NCBI GenBank assembly: GCA_013239625.1
Contig: MU053559.1
Location: 2,091,205 to 2,155,204, forward strand
Source of the DNA: Lama guanicoe
Taxonomy: Eukaryota
DNA: 64,000 nucleotides
Direction of reading: 5' to 3'
A program made the translations under genes and the position numbers. Position 1 is the first letter of the stretch. The number at the start of each line of letters is the position of its first letter. Below the pieces are notes generated by a model, which ran no database searches, was not told where the DNA came from, and worked only from the letters and a program-made list of their open reading frames with translations. Positions 25,435-38,450 of this stretch are shown here, piece by piece.

Positions 25435-25570
25435 TAATAGTAATAATAACAAATACCTATACAAATCTGATTTAATCTTGAACAATCTTTTGAGGTACAA
25501 TTATTATCCCTTTTTTTCACAGATGAAGAAACTGAGGCAGAGAGAGGTTAAGTAATTTACACAGATTCAA
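25435..25570 (-). mobile_element. MIR SINE
   Basis: acagatgaagaaactgaggcagagagaggttaagtaattt. Confidence 0.8.
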
Positions 25571-26477
25571 ATTATTCACTATAGTGTCTTACTAAGACAG
25601 AACACTGTAGAGGGTTGTTATTTTTTAACGACAAGGGTTTTGAAGAAAATGTGACCTTGTTAACAGTAAGTTAATTAATAAATTTGAATGTCAAAGTATC
25701 CCATACTCTAAGCATTCAGCCTAATTGAGATTTAAGACCCTAATCGGAATGCTTTCCACCAAACAGATGCCCTTAGAAACCACATCTAGAGGAAAATCAA
25801 TTGTAGAGCGTGTTGAATTTTCTTGAAAACTGCTGCTGATTTATAATCAGTCTGTCCAGTTTTCTTGGGCCTTCAGCCCATAAGCTAGTACATCTGATAT
25901 CAAGTCCCACAGATTCCCAGAGGAACCCAGGGGAATTCTAGTGTTTACTAGAATTTCCTTGTGGGCACCTTCTTCCAAATATATGAAGTCCCTCTGTCTC
26001 GAGTTTTCTGAAAAGATCCAGTTACAATGATTTACTCCACTGTCAGGGCATGTATCAGATGAATCTTTATGTCCTGTCTCTTGTACGTATGTGTGTCTGA
26101 GCCAGGTCGGTAGACACTCTGAAAAATAAGTTTTGTCTAAACTTACTCTGATCTCCTGAAGATAACTTCTAGCTTACATCTGATGCCTGGGGCACAGAAC
26201 ATTCTGAACCATAGGCAACAAGTGTCTATTTTCTTTAACTAGCACACAGACAACTCTTGCTTGCCCCTAAAGACACATGAGTAAGATAGCTTGCAAAATT
26301 AAAGATAACCTTTAAAAATAGCAATAATGATGTTGGCGGTGATGGTAGAAGCCGACATTGGTTTACCTCATAATATGCCGGGCTCCATGCTAAATGCTTA
26401 GTAGCATTTACAGTCTCTTTGAGTTTAAATCTCACAATAGTCCTCATTCCAAAGGAGTTTTAAATGACCAATATGGC

Positions 26478-26612
26478 GAAGTTTTCAAACTTTGATGCAC
26501 GTAGAATGATACATGTAGAAATTACCTGGGAAGCTTATTAAAAATGGTAGCTTCCCAAGCCTCACTCTGGAACATGTGATTCAGTAGGTCTGAGTTGTAG
26601 TCCAAACACCTG
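26478..26612. mobile_element. MER5-like hAT-Charlie DNA transposon fragment
   Basis: ttttcaaacttt...attacctgggaagcttattaaaaat...gattcagtaggtctg. Confidence 0.7.
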
Positions 26613-26679
26613 TTAATAAAAATAATGGAAAACCAATTAAAGTGACTGCCATCAATCAATCCAATTGAAAAAGATTACT

Positions 26680-27023
26680 GAAGACTGTGTCCTCAAGTCC
26701 ACGTGTGAAACCCTAACCTCCAATGCGATGGTACTTGGAAGTGGGGCCTTTGGGAGGTGATTGGGTCACAAGGTGGGATCCGTCATAAATGGGATTTGTG
26801 TCCTTATAAGAGAGGCCCCAGGAAGCTCCCTCATCCTTTCTGCCATGTGAAGACACAGCAGTAAGACAGCCATGAACTAGGAAGTGAGCTCTCACCAGAC
26901 ACCAAATCCGTTGGCACCTTGCTCTTGAACTTCTCAGCCTCCAGAGTGTGAAAAATAAATTCCTACTGTTTATAAGCCAGCCAGCCTATGGTGCTGTGTT
27001 ACAGCTGCCCGAATGGACTAAGA
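26680..27023 (+). mobile_element. MaLR solo LTR (MLT1A-like)
   Basis: ggggcctttgggaggtgatt; gccatgtgaagacacagc; cagcctccaga; aataaa; ends gaatggactaaga. Confidence 0.88.
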
Positions 27024-27243
27024 AAAAAAATTTACTGTGCTTCTACTCAGTCCGCACAGAAATGAGCAAAATAAGAATCCTTGTTGTTCATTACCTTTTA
27101 AAAAGAATGATGATATTGAAAATATCCTTCCCCAAGGATTAAAATGTGTGTGTTGATTATGTGACAGGTTTGGGGGGTGGTGGGGAACAAGTGAAATTAA
27201 CAAGGAAGGAAGGAGGGGAAGAGGAGTGTTCAAAGAAGGGAGA

Positions 27244-27690
27244 TGTTCTGGTTACCGATTGCTTCGCACAAAACCACTCTGAGACTTAATGGCTTAAAAG
27301 AACAGCAATCATTTGTTTTGTTTACAAATCTGAAATTTGAGCAGGGCTCACTGGGGGCGGCTGGCCTTTGCGCCATGCAGTGCCAACTGTGTGGCTTTAT
27401 TTGGGCTGAGCTCAGCTGGGCTGCGCGTCTACTTCCGAGATGGCTCGCTCACATAGCTGGCAAGTGGTACTGGCTGTTGGTTCCTCTCCACGTTGGCCTC
27501 TTCCATGCGGTGACTGGGGCTTCCTCACAGCACGGTGGCTGGATTGTAAGAGTGATCATCCCAAGGGACAAGAAGTTGAAGCTGACAATTTCTTAAGGCC
27601 TGGGCCCAGGAACTAGCACATCACTTCCATAATATTCCATCGATCAAGCAGTCACAAAGCCCAGATTTATGGGGAAGGGATAAGTGGATG
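27244..27690 (-). mobile_element. Old MaLR LTR (MLT1 family)
   Basis: aaaccactctgagacttaatggcttaaaagaacagc; gcttcctcacagcacggtggctgg. Confidence 0.75.
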
Positions 27691-27836
27691 GCTGAAGTTG
27701 AATTACTTAGAAATAGACTCAATAATTTCATCCTATCATTTCAGGTCATGGTTTTCCATTGAGAATAATATATTGGGATGCCTTAAGAAGACTAAACTGT
27801 GATACAAAATTCTCAACCATCAAGAATCGACACTTT

Positions 27837-27963
27837 AAGCAGGAGGATATAGCTCAGTGGTAGAGCACATGCTTAGCATGCATGAGATCCTGGGTTCAAT
27901 CCCCAGTACCTCTGGAAAAATAAATAAACCTAATTACCTTTCCCCCAAAAAAAACTTAAAAAA
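27837..27963 (+). mobile_element. tRNA-Ala-derived SINE (Vic-1-like)
   Basis: A box tagctcagtgg, B box ggttcaatcc; TSD aagaatcgacacttt / aagagttgacacttt. Confidence 0.93.
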
Positions 27964-28569
27964 AAGAGTTGACACTTTTCTAACATGATAAGTAATTGAT
28001 GTATCATGGTGCATATTTTTAAATCACCTCCATGTACCACATTAGAATATGAAGAAATATTTTCAGAATGGAAAATAACCAAAGAATAGATCAACAATCC
28101 ATTTGCTACCATTTTCCAAGTTAAAACCCTCATCTATCTAGCTTTTTTCTGTGATATGCTATTCAGCCTAGCGTCTGAAAAAAAAACATGAATTTTTCAT
28201 TAGCTTATCTTCATTATTTCTGGTTCTATGCTTAATCCAATATCTAAAACAGATCTCGTAAATGCAGCAAGTATTTGATACCATTCCTACAACTCAAAAT
28301 TGTGAGTTAGGGCCTTCTAAATTAGTGTAAATAAAGAGGAGGAAAAAGAAGCAGATACATATGAAACTTGACCTAAAAGTCAAGCTATTCCACATCAAGC
28401 CAGATAGAGATACAGCAAAGAAATATTACAAATAATATAGTTATTTTCTTTGTTGCATTCCCATTATGATTTCTTTAGTAATATGGACTTATTTTTTTCA
28501 CTTTACAAATAGAAATGAATCTTTTAATTAAAAAAAATTGTTCATCCTTGCATGTGTCATTATCCCATT

Positions 28570-29100
28570 CGACGCCAAATGTTTGAGAAAAACTGTCCAG
28601 ATGGTGATGACATAAGCAGTGGGCTGGATTGCTCCAAGATAGTGTAAATGAGAAGAGACGAGAGCCAAAGACAGATCTCAGGGAACACCCACATGAAAGA
28701 GACAAAGGAGAGTCAAAGAAGGAGACTGAGGAAGGAGAGCCCAGAGACATAGGAGGAAAAATGGGAGAAAGTGTTTTCACGGGCTCGAAGGGAAGCAAGA
28801 GTTTGAAGAAGCTTTTCTCATCACAGAAAAGGACCAACAACATCAAATTCTTCATAAGGCACATTGGAGAAGGGTTGAGAAGACGTACCAAAAAAAAAAA
28901 AAAAAGAGAGAGAATCAGTAAATTCCATGAGAGCAGTTTCAGTAAAGTGTTGTGGCTAGAAACCCTTTTGCTTGGATTGAGGTGTGGGAGGGAATAAGTC
29001 AATAGAAACAGTGAGTACAGAATACTTTTTCCAGATTCTTGGCAGAAAATGGAAGGTGAAAGGTAGGATGTTAGTTAAAGGGATATATAGTGTCAAAAGG
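28570..29100 (-). mobile_element. L2 fragment
   Basis: aaggagactgagga; gagagcagtttcagtaaagtg. Confidence 0.55.
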
Positions 29101-30659
29101 ATGTGTGTGTGTGTTTCCTAATATAAAAATAAATTAATACAATTGAATAATTCACTTAATGTAAAGGGAGTGTTTAAAAATGGATAATAGGGCAAGGGTT
29201 TGAAGAGGCTGGAAGGGATGAGATCCAGATCATGATTCGGAGAATAACCTCGATAGAAAAGAAACTTCTTTTAGAGGGACATGAGGAAAGAAAGAAAGAA
29301 TGATTCGAAATGCAGTTTTTCAAAGGTGTAGTCAATGAAACAATATTGGCCATGAGTTGATAATTATTGAAACTGGATGATACGGACATGACGGTTCATT
29401 TTATATTCTGTCTAGTTTTGAATATTTTAAAAAATTCCCATAATGAAATAGCCGAAATGTATGAACAAAGAAATTTGGGGTAGAAGATTGCTATACTACC
29501 CAGAAGATGGCTTACATTTCTCTGTGAAGTAGGAGAAAAGGGTCAAATCTGCTGAAAGTTAAGGTTGTGGATTGAGGGCTTAAAGGGGATGGTAAAAGTC
29601 TGAAATAGCTGTTCTGGGAATGAAAAATGCAGTGAACCAGCGATCAACTAGTTAATGATCCAGTTGAGGCTGGAGGTCTCGCATTTCCAGTGGCAAATAT
29701 CTGTATGTTCTAAGATTTTCTCTAGTAGCCCTCAGGAACTTAAATGTAGGAGCTATTGTGGTTTTTAAGGAAAGGAGGGAAGTACTTTAGTCCAGCAGTC
29801 TTGGAGTTTTGAGTTAGATTCTGAGAAGAGAGAGAGAGAAAGACTCATTTGAGAAATAGGACAGTTTTTCCTTAATATCCTCTCTTGTAATGGTATGTAA
29901 TACTGATCATAAATATTTACAAGGAAATTTAATGATAGTCAAATAAAATAATCCAAATGGACTTTCATAAATATTTTCAGATTTTAAACCAAATGTGCTG
30001 TTAAGTATTCACACATTGTTTATACTAAAAAAAACTTAATATCTACCCAAAGGCAAAATCATTTCAGATATTGACCTCCAAATTTAGTAACCTTTCTACT
30101 ATCTCCACTGAAGATTTTCCATTCCAGAATTTCAACTATTACTCCAACTCAGATCTAAATGTACTTTTAATGGAGATTAACTGTCATACATCTTCCATAC
30201 TCTTTACCAGTATCCTCATAGCCTACGAGTGCCTTGAAGCAGAAGACTTACAGCCCATTTGGGACCAGTGATCCCTGACAAAAATCTTCTCAATTTGCCA
30301 TATCCTCCAAATGTGTTTATATTTTGCAAACTGGACCATGAGGTTTAAATATTATGGGCAGGTGGTTACCAGTAACCAACACTTTGGTTGCAAAATAGTA
30401 CTTCATTAATCAAAGCTGTAAGATAAGAGTTAATATAACTAGAGAAAAGGAGGCTAGTACTAAGAGCAAGGTGGAGGTCAGTGGAAATCATGGTGCACTG
30501 TATTAGCATATATGCAATTTTTTTGTATATATTGTTTCAATATGGGCTTCATTATATCCTTCAAATGATAGAGCTGTCAGTGGTCTCTAGTTTGCACTGT
30601 AAGTTTTTAGAGAGAGAGAGACAGCTGTCAAACTCTCTATGAATCAAAGCCAGCAGGAC

Positions 30660-31230
30660 ATGGAATGATACAATGTCATTGCCATTTCAGGTAATCGCAG
30701 CCTGGAGAAGTCAAACCAACCCTCCCATTGAGGACAACTGTAAAAACTGAGCAAAATATAAAAACCATCTTTATAATGTCATCAGAAAACTAAAAAGAGA
30801 GTGAAAATTACAGAGCCAGGATGTGGTGAGGGCACAGTTGCAGAAATTAAGACCATCACCTGGACCTTGTTTTCTCTGGGGGTGTTTTCCCATTTCAGAG
30901 GAGGAGACTGTGTAGTTGAGACGTTGAGTGGCATTTTTAATAGCTTTGCGAGGCTGGGTAGTCCTGGGACTGCCAAAGGTGGGATGGGGGAAGGTAAGGA
31001 CTAGAGATTCTCACTCTGAAAAGCATGTACTCTAGCAGAAGAGTGGGCCTGAAGAAAGTGGCCGTCATTCTGACTCTGGTTCAGCTTTGAACCATTATCT
31101 CAACTCCTAGACTTGGGTTGAAATAATCCCTAATTGCTCATGCCAACAATCCACTTGATGGAATCAAACGTAAATCCCCTCCGGAGGAAGAGAACATTAA
31201 TTGAAACGTCAAATAACTTCTAACAATTTT
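30660..31230 (+). mobile_element. Possible ancient L1 5'UTR fragment
   Basis: ccctcccattgaggacaactgtaaaaactgagcaaaatat resembles old L1M 5' ends. Confidence 0.4.
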
Positions 31231-32297
31231 GCTAATACAGATCCACACATGCTCCCGTAGATACAAAAAGATTCATTTGGTTTTCAGAACCAAAGCGGAC
31301 TACTGTGGTCTCATATTCTGCAAGAAGCAGGAAGCCCAGGATGAACTTTGACCAGAGGCAAGTACTTTCTTTCTAATGGTTTATTTCAGCCATACCACGG
31401 TCCTAATCATTCGGACAAATCCAGCATGCTATTAATTTCTCATACAACTGAGGAAATAATTCAGAAATATTAAAGGAAAACTTACTTGTTTAGATAATCT
31501 ACTCCCCCTTTGCACATGGCCACTCTTCAACTAAACCCAATACAGCAGCTCAGAACAGACGCTCTGCCCAAGCAAACAGTCCTGCAAAAGATGTTAAGAA
31601 TAGACCGCAGTTCCCTCTAAAATCTCTATTTTCTCCCCATGTTGCTGTCAATTAGACAAAAGCAAACCAGTTTATCCACGGAGTTCCCGAGGCTCAAATT
31701 CTCTGAGTGTGAGCTGAAGTGTGAAGGCCAATGGCTCACTAGGGAAGATTTCAATCAGTGGGCACCACAACTGGGGGGGTTCTATCCACTGGTTATTTTT
31801 ATTACTCCAGCTCCATCACAGAAAGAAGCAGGCAGGGATGGATGTAAGGGGTGGCTAGTGACGGGATAGTAAGGAGGTTGGGAGGATGAAAACCTTCACA
31901 CTGTTCTATGACTTTAGTCTCATGACAAAACCCCGTTTTCTCCAACTTAACCTCTCCACTGCCATCTCTCTTATCAGCCAGCCCTAAGAAAAACAGTGTA
32001 ATAATAGGTGATATGATCTCCGGTGCCCTCATCTGCCTTTCTACTTACTTCTCCCATCCATCTTTAGCCCCTTTTCCAATGTTGAACCCCAATTGCCTTC
32101 ATTCTATGCCTCTCCCTTTGCCACCTACCAAGATGGCATTCCATCCTGTGATTTGGACTTTTCTTTCCGTTGTTCAGCTTTGCCCCCACAGAACCTCGGC
32201 CAATGTGCGTGGTTTTGCTCTAGCAACACCCCAAAGGAGCCCCGGCCCTGCATTTTGGCATGTTCAGGAAACTGGGAGCCCTGTAAGCATCACTTTC

Positions 32298-32392
32298 TTT
32301 TTTTTTTCTTTTTTTTTCAGTTTAATCAGTTACTTTTTCTTATTGAAGTGTAGTCAGTTTACAAGGCTGCATCAATTTCTTGTGTACAGTAT
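32298..32392 (-). mobile_element. Very short L1 3' end
   Basis: T-tail; TSD tgtaagcatcactttc (32282-32297) / tgtaagagtcactttc (32393-32408). Confidence 0.8.
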
Positions 32393-32919
32393 TGTAAGAG
32401 TCACTTTCAAGCAGTGGTATCTGTACACTGCTGAAAAGAATGGGATCTTGAAGGAGATCCAACAAACTGAACAGACACAACATTTTGACCCTTCTGCTCG
32501 CCTTGACTAGGGTCTAAATTTAGTGTGAATTCAGGTTGCTTTCTGGTTTTGTTTCCACGTATGGACAATAATTTGGGGGCTTATTTGAGAGAGGAACCAT
32601 ACCCATCTGACCCATCATGACCATCCACGATCCCTGCCTCCAACACCTGTGTCTGGCACATGGAGTTCTGTGTTTGCTCCCCAGACTTAATGAGAATGAG
32701 CACATGATTGTTGATTTCCTCATTCTTAATAGAGACACCAAGAAACACTTTTCCATTTCAAGAGCCGCTCTTACAATATCAGTTTTAATATTTACTGAGG
32801 GTTTGTGTGATCATTCAATAATTAATTCTCACCATCTCTTGATGGATTTAGTTATCCTTATGATAGTTTTATGGATAAAGAAATTATGTTGAAATACAGG
32901 TTTAAGAACAAGGGAGAGG

Positions 32920-33035
32920 TGGGGGCGGGAGGCAGAGCTCAGTGGTAGAGTGCATACTTAGCACACACCGGGTCCTGGGTTCAATCCCCAGTACCTCCAT
33001 AAAAAATCAAAAGACAAACAAACAAACAAACAAAA
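32920..33035 (+). mobile_element. tRNA-Ala-derived SINE (Vic-1-like)
   Basis: tRNA-like head, (aaac)n tail; TSD aagaacaagggagagg / aagaacaagagagagg. Confidence 0.93.
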
Positions 33036-33249
33036 AAGAACAAGAGAGAGGCAAAACTGAGATTTGAACTCAGATGGAAATTCCTGAAAGTTAGAGTCAG
33101 GCCAGTTTATGCCTAAAATCGGTGACCATGGTGGTAAAGGTTTCTAATTGGAAGTCCTTAACTATCTACTTCACACATTTGTTTTTCTCCTGAAAAGACA
33201 TATTTTGATGAAAGAGGAAAAAAATGTTGTCTTTTGAACAGCCTATCAA

Positions 33250-33960
33250 ATTCTGTTCTCAAGTGTCTCCCCCATCCCAGTCAAGGAGATCATCATCCCT
33301 ACAGCTGGTCAAGGTCATTGTGGTTCCCCCCGCCCCTCGCCTTTCTGCCTATTTATCAGCAAGTACAATCACTTCAACCTCTTAGATCTCCTTTAGTATT
33401 TTCATTTTGACTGCTTCTATTATTCTAGCCTCAGCCCCTCCGTATATACTTCTCAGCTTAGTATAAGTTTGATACTTTTTTATAAGCACAGATCAGTTCA
33501 TGTCCTCTCTGTGCCTTCCATTGCATTTCAAGTAAAATTGAAACCCCTTTCCAAAGCCTACAAGGTCTTACATGTTTTGTTTTTTACTGAGTTATAGTCA
33601 GTTTCCAATGTTGTGTCAATTTCCAGTGTAGAGCACAACTTTTCAGTTGCACATGAACATACATATATTCATTGTCGCATTCTTTTTCACTGTGAGCTGC
33701 CACAAGATCTTGTATATATTTCCCTGTGCTATACAGTATAATATTGTTTATCTATTCTGCGTATGTCTGTCAGTATCTACAAATTTCGCAAGGTCTTACA
33801 TGCTGTAATCACTTTTACCTTAAATCCTTTTCCTCTTCCCCTTGCTCTCTGTATACTCGTACCATTACACTCCAGCCATTCCAGCCAACTTACTTCTCCT
33901 TAAACATGGCAAGCATATTTCTACCTCCGAGTCCTTGTATTTGCTGCTCACTCGAACTAA
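33250..33960 (+). mobile_element. L2 fragment (interrupted by an L1)
   Basis: cagatcagttcatgtc...ccttccattgc...gcctacaaggtc. Confidence 0.55.
33575..33788 (-). mobile_element. Young L1 3' end
   Basis: Perfect 14-bp TSD caaggtcttacatg at 33561-33574 and 33789-33802. Confidence 0.93.
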
Positions 33961-34171
33961 CCAGTGTTCCAGTATTGCTGGCATTATTGTTAATACAAGA
34001 GATTTTCATTGAACTAGCTAAATTCCATAGAGTGCAAGCAGAAAACAGCTTTATTCTCTCTTACTACTGCTCTTTTGTCAAATTGTTTCTTCCTCGGTCC
34101 TGAATGGAATCCTGGACAGATCCCATGGCTTATTTGATGGCTTTCAGATATGAAAATGTCCAATAATTCTA

Positions 34172-35145
34172 AAGCTTGGTTCTCAACAAATGAGGCACCC
34201 CTCACTGGGGTTGGGGGGCGGCATTAGAAATTCATGAATATATGTAAGTTCATGTATAACTGAAAAATTGTGCTCTACACTGGAAATTGACACAACATTG
34301 TAAACTGACTATAACGCAATAAAAAAAATGTAAAAAAAATTCATGGGGAACTTCTGGTTGTTGCACTGATGAGAGGTGAGATTTAATGCCCTTTGCTTAG
34401 ATAAGGGCCGGATAGAATAGGGCTTCTGCTAGTAAGTGAACGCTTATTCCTGGTACTACATGGCTTTTGAATGTCTTGCTGGATATTTGCGTACATGAAA
34501 AATATAAAAACAAAGTATTTTTTACATTGTTTACTGTGTACTCAATTTTCCAAAATTGCAAACACTGAGTAAGTCAAAGGACTAATTGGATATTGTTCAG
34601 AACTTTACAAAGAATTGTTCACCATTTGGAAAATCATTTTGCTAATAGATACATTATTTATGCCATATAAATAACCAATACAACACATTTGTATGAGACT
34701 TTTTTAGTGGCTGTTGCATTCATAGCAGATTATCTATCTATCTATCTATCTCTGTATCTCTATATCTACCTGTCTATCTAGTCCTTCTTTCAAATGGTTA
34801 AGTATAAAGAAAAAAAACATGGACTATATTCAACTGAATAGTTTTACTTCACTTCAATCTAGATTTGTTCGTTATAAGTGGTTGCAAGTATTTGATTCAT
34901 TTTGTCATCTAGGGTAGTCATGCCAAAGTATTTATATATTGAAATGTGTATTATTTTATTATATAAAGTGCTTTCCTTTCTTTTATTTCTCCTTCATATT
35001 ACAGTTCTGGCATTACGTTTATTTTTAAATTATGTGTGTAGGTAGGTTGTATTATTTATAAATTTCATTTCAGAATATTAAAGAGTATAATAAAATATTT
35101 ATTAGAAAAAGAGGGCACTGAGTCGAATGTGATTGAAGATGACAT
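34172..35145. mobile_element. hAT-Charlie DNA transposon (Charlie4-like)
   Basis: Left end tggttctcaac...ggggcggcattagaaattcatgggg; right end aaaatatttattagaaaaagagggcactgagtc...ttgaaga. Confidence 0.65.
34237..34336 (+). mobile_element. Young L1 3' end nested in the Charlie element
   Basis: TSD aaattcatg at 34228-34236 and 34337-34345. Confidence 0.88.
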
Positions 35146-35452
35146 GAGTTTCTCAAGAAATCTTTTTTCTTTACGCCCTCCATACCACACCACCAACCTC
35201 CCCATCCCGCTCGTGAGAGTGCAGCTCACTTCCATGGTAGTCTCTCTTCTTGCTTTGCTCTAAGGAAAGTCGGTGAGCCCAACTCCATCCCAATCCCTGT
35301 AGTCTCCAAATTTCAGAGGGCACAGACGTCCAGGTGGTTTTCTTAAGCCACTCAACTAAGGAAGAGGAAAATAGGGAAACATGATAATAACTTCACTGAA
35401 TCCTTCTCTAAAGAAAATTCCTCCATCAACACAATTTCTCCTTATTAATCTT

Positions 35453-35663
35453 TCTTAATGTATTTTAAGGTTTATTTATTTATTTATTTTTTAACATTTG
35501 CTGATCCTTGCTCTATTTTATTTTATTTTTTTTGGAGGGAGGAGGTAATTAGGTTTGTTTATTTAATTATTATTATTTTTTAATGGAGGTACCAGGGATT
35601 GAACCCAGGACCTCCTGCATGCTAAGCATGCGCTCTACCATTTGAGCTATACCCTCGCCCTTC
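35453..35663 (-). mobile_element. tRNA-Ala-derived SINE with extended 3' segment
   Basis: Perfect 16-bp TSD tctccttattaatctt at 35437-35452 and 35664-35679. Confidence 0.9.
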
Positions 35664-36399
35664 TCTCCTTATTAATCTTGTATGCTTTGTACATGGGATG
35701 ACCTGAGAGGAGCAAACTGGCTTTTGCCACCTCTTCTGCAAGTCCCCCATAGATTTTCTAGCACCTTGTTTTAGAGTTTGATACATTTTTAGAACCTCTG
35801 CCACAACTCCAAGGCAAGAAGGTCTGCATTTTAACATTTGAGAGGGTGAGGATTCCTCTAGGAATGAATACGAGTACTGGGTGTGAATATCATTCTCTAA
35901 ATGATCAGCTCACTGCTGAATACAGTTCGACTCAAATGTCAGTGGCAAACCTCGCATATTTGATATCCAGAGTGGATAATTTTTTGACATCCCACTCCAC
36001 TATATGACAAAATTACATGTAATCCCCACGGTAGCCACAAAGAAAATATCTATAGAATATAAACAAAAGTAAATCAGAAGTAAGGCAGAATATACTTAAT
36101 GCCACTGAACTGTATGCTTAAAAATGGTTAAGATGGTAAATTTCATTTTATGTATATTTTACCGCAATGAAAAAAAAACCACATCAATAACTGCAGTAAT
36201 ATTTTAGAATTTAGACAAAAGTTTGGAGGAGGAAGAATTAAGTTATTACTGACATTGATAGAATTGCTAGTAGATGGTGATAATAAAAGTCAATTGCTTT
36301 CAGTTGGTTTATTTTTTACATTCTCTACAGACCATACACTCCCTTATTGCTTGTATTCATAGCATGTCACTTCCCACTACCCCATCCTTTGTACAACAC

Positions 36400-37182
36400 T
36401 GTGGGATGGTTAATTTTATGTGCCAACTTGACTGGGCCATGGGGTGCCCAGTTTTGGTTAGACATTTGGCTAAACAGTATTCTGGGTGTGTCTGTGAGAA
36501 TGTTTCTGGATAAGATCAACATTTGAATTGGTAGACTGACTTAAGCAGATTCTCTTCCCTAGGGTGGGTGGACCTTGTGCAATCAGTTGAAGACCTGAAT
36601 AGAATGAAAAGGCTGAGTAAAGGAGAATTCATTCTCTCTGTCTGACTGTCTTTGATCTAAGACCCTGGTCTTCTTTTGCCTTAAGAGGTGGACATGAACT
36701 CAGACTAGAATTTATGCATCAGCTCTCCTAGGTCTCCAGCTTGCTGACTGCAGATCTTAGACTTCTTACCCTCCATTTTATATATATATATATATGTGTC
36801 TATATATATATGTATATATACACACACACACACACACATATAATGTGTGTATACATTATTTGTATAATGTATATATAATGTGTGTATATATAATGTATAC
36901 ACACACATACACACATACACATTAGTGTGTATATATATACATACATATATACACACTATTGATTTTAAATATTATAAACACTATTATATATTTATATATG
37001 TACATATACTATTGGTTATATATATGTGATTATTATATATACTGTATAGATATGATTTATTGTGTATAGTGATTTCTTTGTATTCTTCAGAGAACCTGAC
37101 TAATACAACCACTGTTTAGTGGGATCAGCCTCCATAATCACATAAGCCAATTCTAATAAATCATATATATCTATAATAAATA

Positions 37183-37221
<39 letters not shown>

Positions 37222-37257
37222 CTAGGTATTGGTTCTGTTCTGGAGAACTCTAATACA
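36400..37257 (+). mobile_element. MLT2 (ERVL) LTR with internal (TA)n/(CA)n expansion and a duplicated 3' end
   Basis: Starts tgtgggatggttaattttatgtgccaacttgactgggcca; terminus ctaataca occurs at both 37107 and 37257; TSD aacac / accac. Confidence 0.88.
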
Positions 37258-37904
37258 AACCGTTTAGTAGAATCATTTATTTGGACCAAAGAAAGTATCC
37301 TGAAGGTATATTAAAATATAAGTCCTCCTGGATTAGGGATTCTTAACTATTATGTTTGAGGAGTTATCTCTTTCTTTTATAAATTAACACAACAAAGTCC
37401 TCTGGTCAAGGAAATCTTCTAGCTTCTGGGATGCCTTGTTGAAGAAGACAGACAAGGCTCCTGCTCTTTCTGGAGTTTACATGTTTGTATGGGGGAGAGG
37501 AAAAGCTCTTCGATCACCAGACTAGGAGTGGAGCAGGGAGTAAAAGGGGATGGAGAAATTGAGTGGACCCCTTGGGGAAGAACCATGCTGGTGGTCTCTC
37601 CCTACCTCCCCTCACATTCGGAAGGGCTACAGACAATGGAGTGTCAATATGCATTGAATGATATCTTATCTTTGGTAGAACTGGGAAATGGATAGATTAA
37701 TCGCAAAGTAGTAGATTGGGGAGGTCTTCCTCTGCGGAAGGTAGACTGCAAATAGATTTGAATGCACTGAACTGAAATCAAAGCTCCATATTTCCCCTGG
37801 TGTCACTGTTTGGTGTATTTCTGTTTATGCTCTTAGCATTTAAAAACCTAGAAATCTTTTTTTTGTGGATTGCATTATCAAATAGATCCACTTCAAAAAC
37901 AAAA

Positions 37905-38450
37905 TGAGCAATGGCTTCCTATCTCACTCAGAGTAAAACCCTACAAGACCCTACACCATTGGCACCCACTTCCCTCAATGCACAGTATACACACACCCAT
38001 GCCCACCCCCCACACACACCTCTTTGACTTTAATTCTCTCTCTCTCTAACTTCCACTGTGACTACATTGACTGCTTAGCCATTCCTTGAACATCCTGGCA
38101 TAAACTTGCCTCAGGGCCTTTGCACTAGCTGCTCCCTCTGCCTAAAACACTCTTCTTCTAGATAACTAAATGGATCACTCCTTCAAGTTTTTGTCAAAAT
38201 ATTACCTTTTCAATGAGGTCATCTCTTTATAATTACAACTCCCTTCCCCACCCTCCATACGTACTTCCTACTCTCTTCCCAACTTAATTTATCTTCACAG
38301 CAAGTATCATCATCTAATAAACTGTGTCTCTCCCTGCACTATAACTTAAGATGCATGGGGACAGGAATTCTAGTCTGTTTTGTTTACTTCTATATCTTAG
38401 TGGAGAGAACCCGGCAAAAATAAGGAACTAATTAAATATCTTTTGAATGA
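37905..38450 (+). mobile_element. L2 3' fragment
   Basis: aatggcttcctatctcactcagagtaaaa; gcctcagggcctttgcactagctg. Confidence 0.8.

Noticed and set aside
28475..29002. 175-aa and 122-aa overlapping ORFs
   Set aside because: They lie in a purine-skewed L2 fragment with a poly(A) run and are compositional artefacts.
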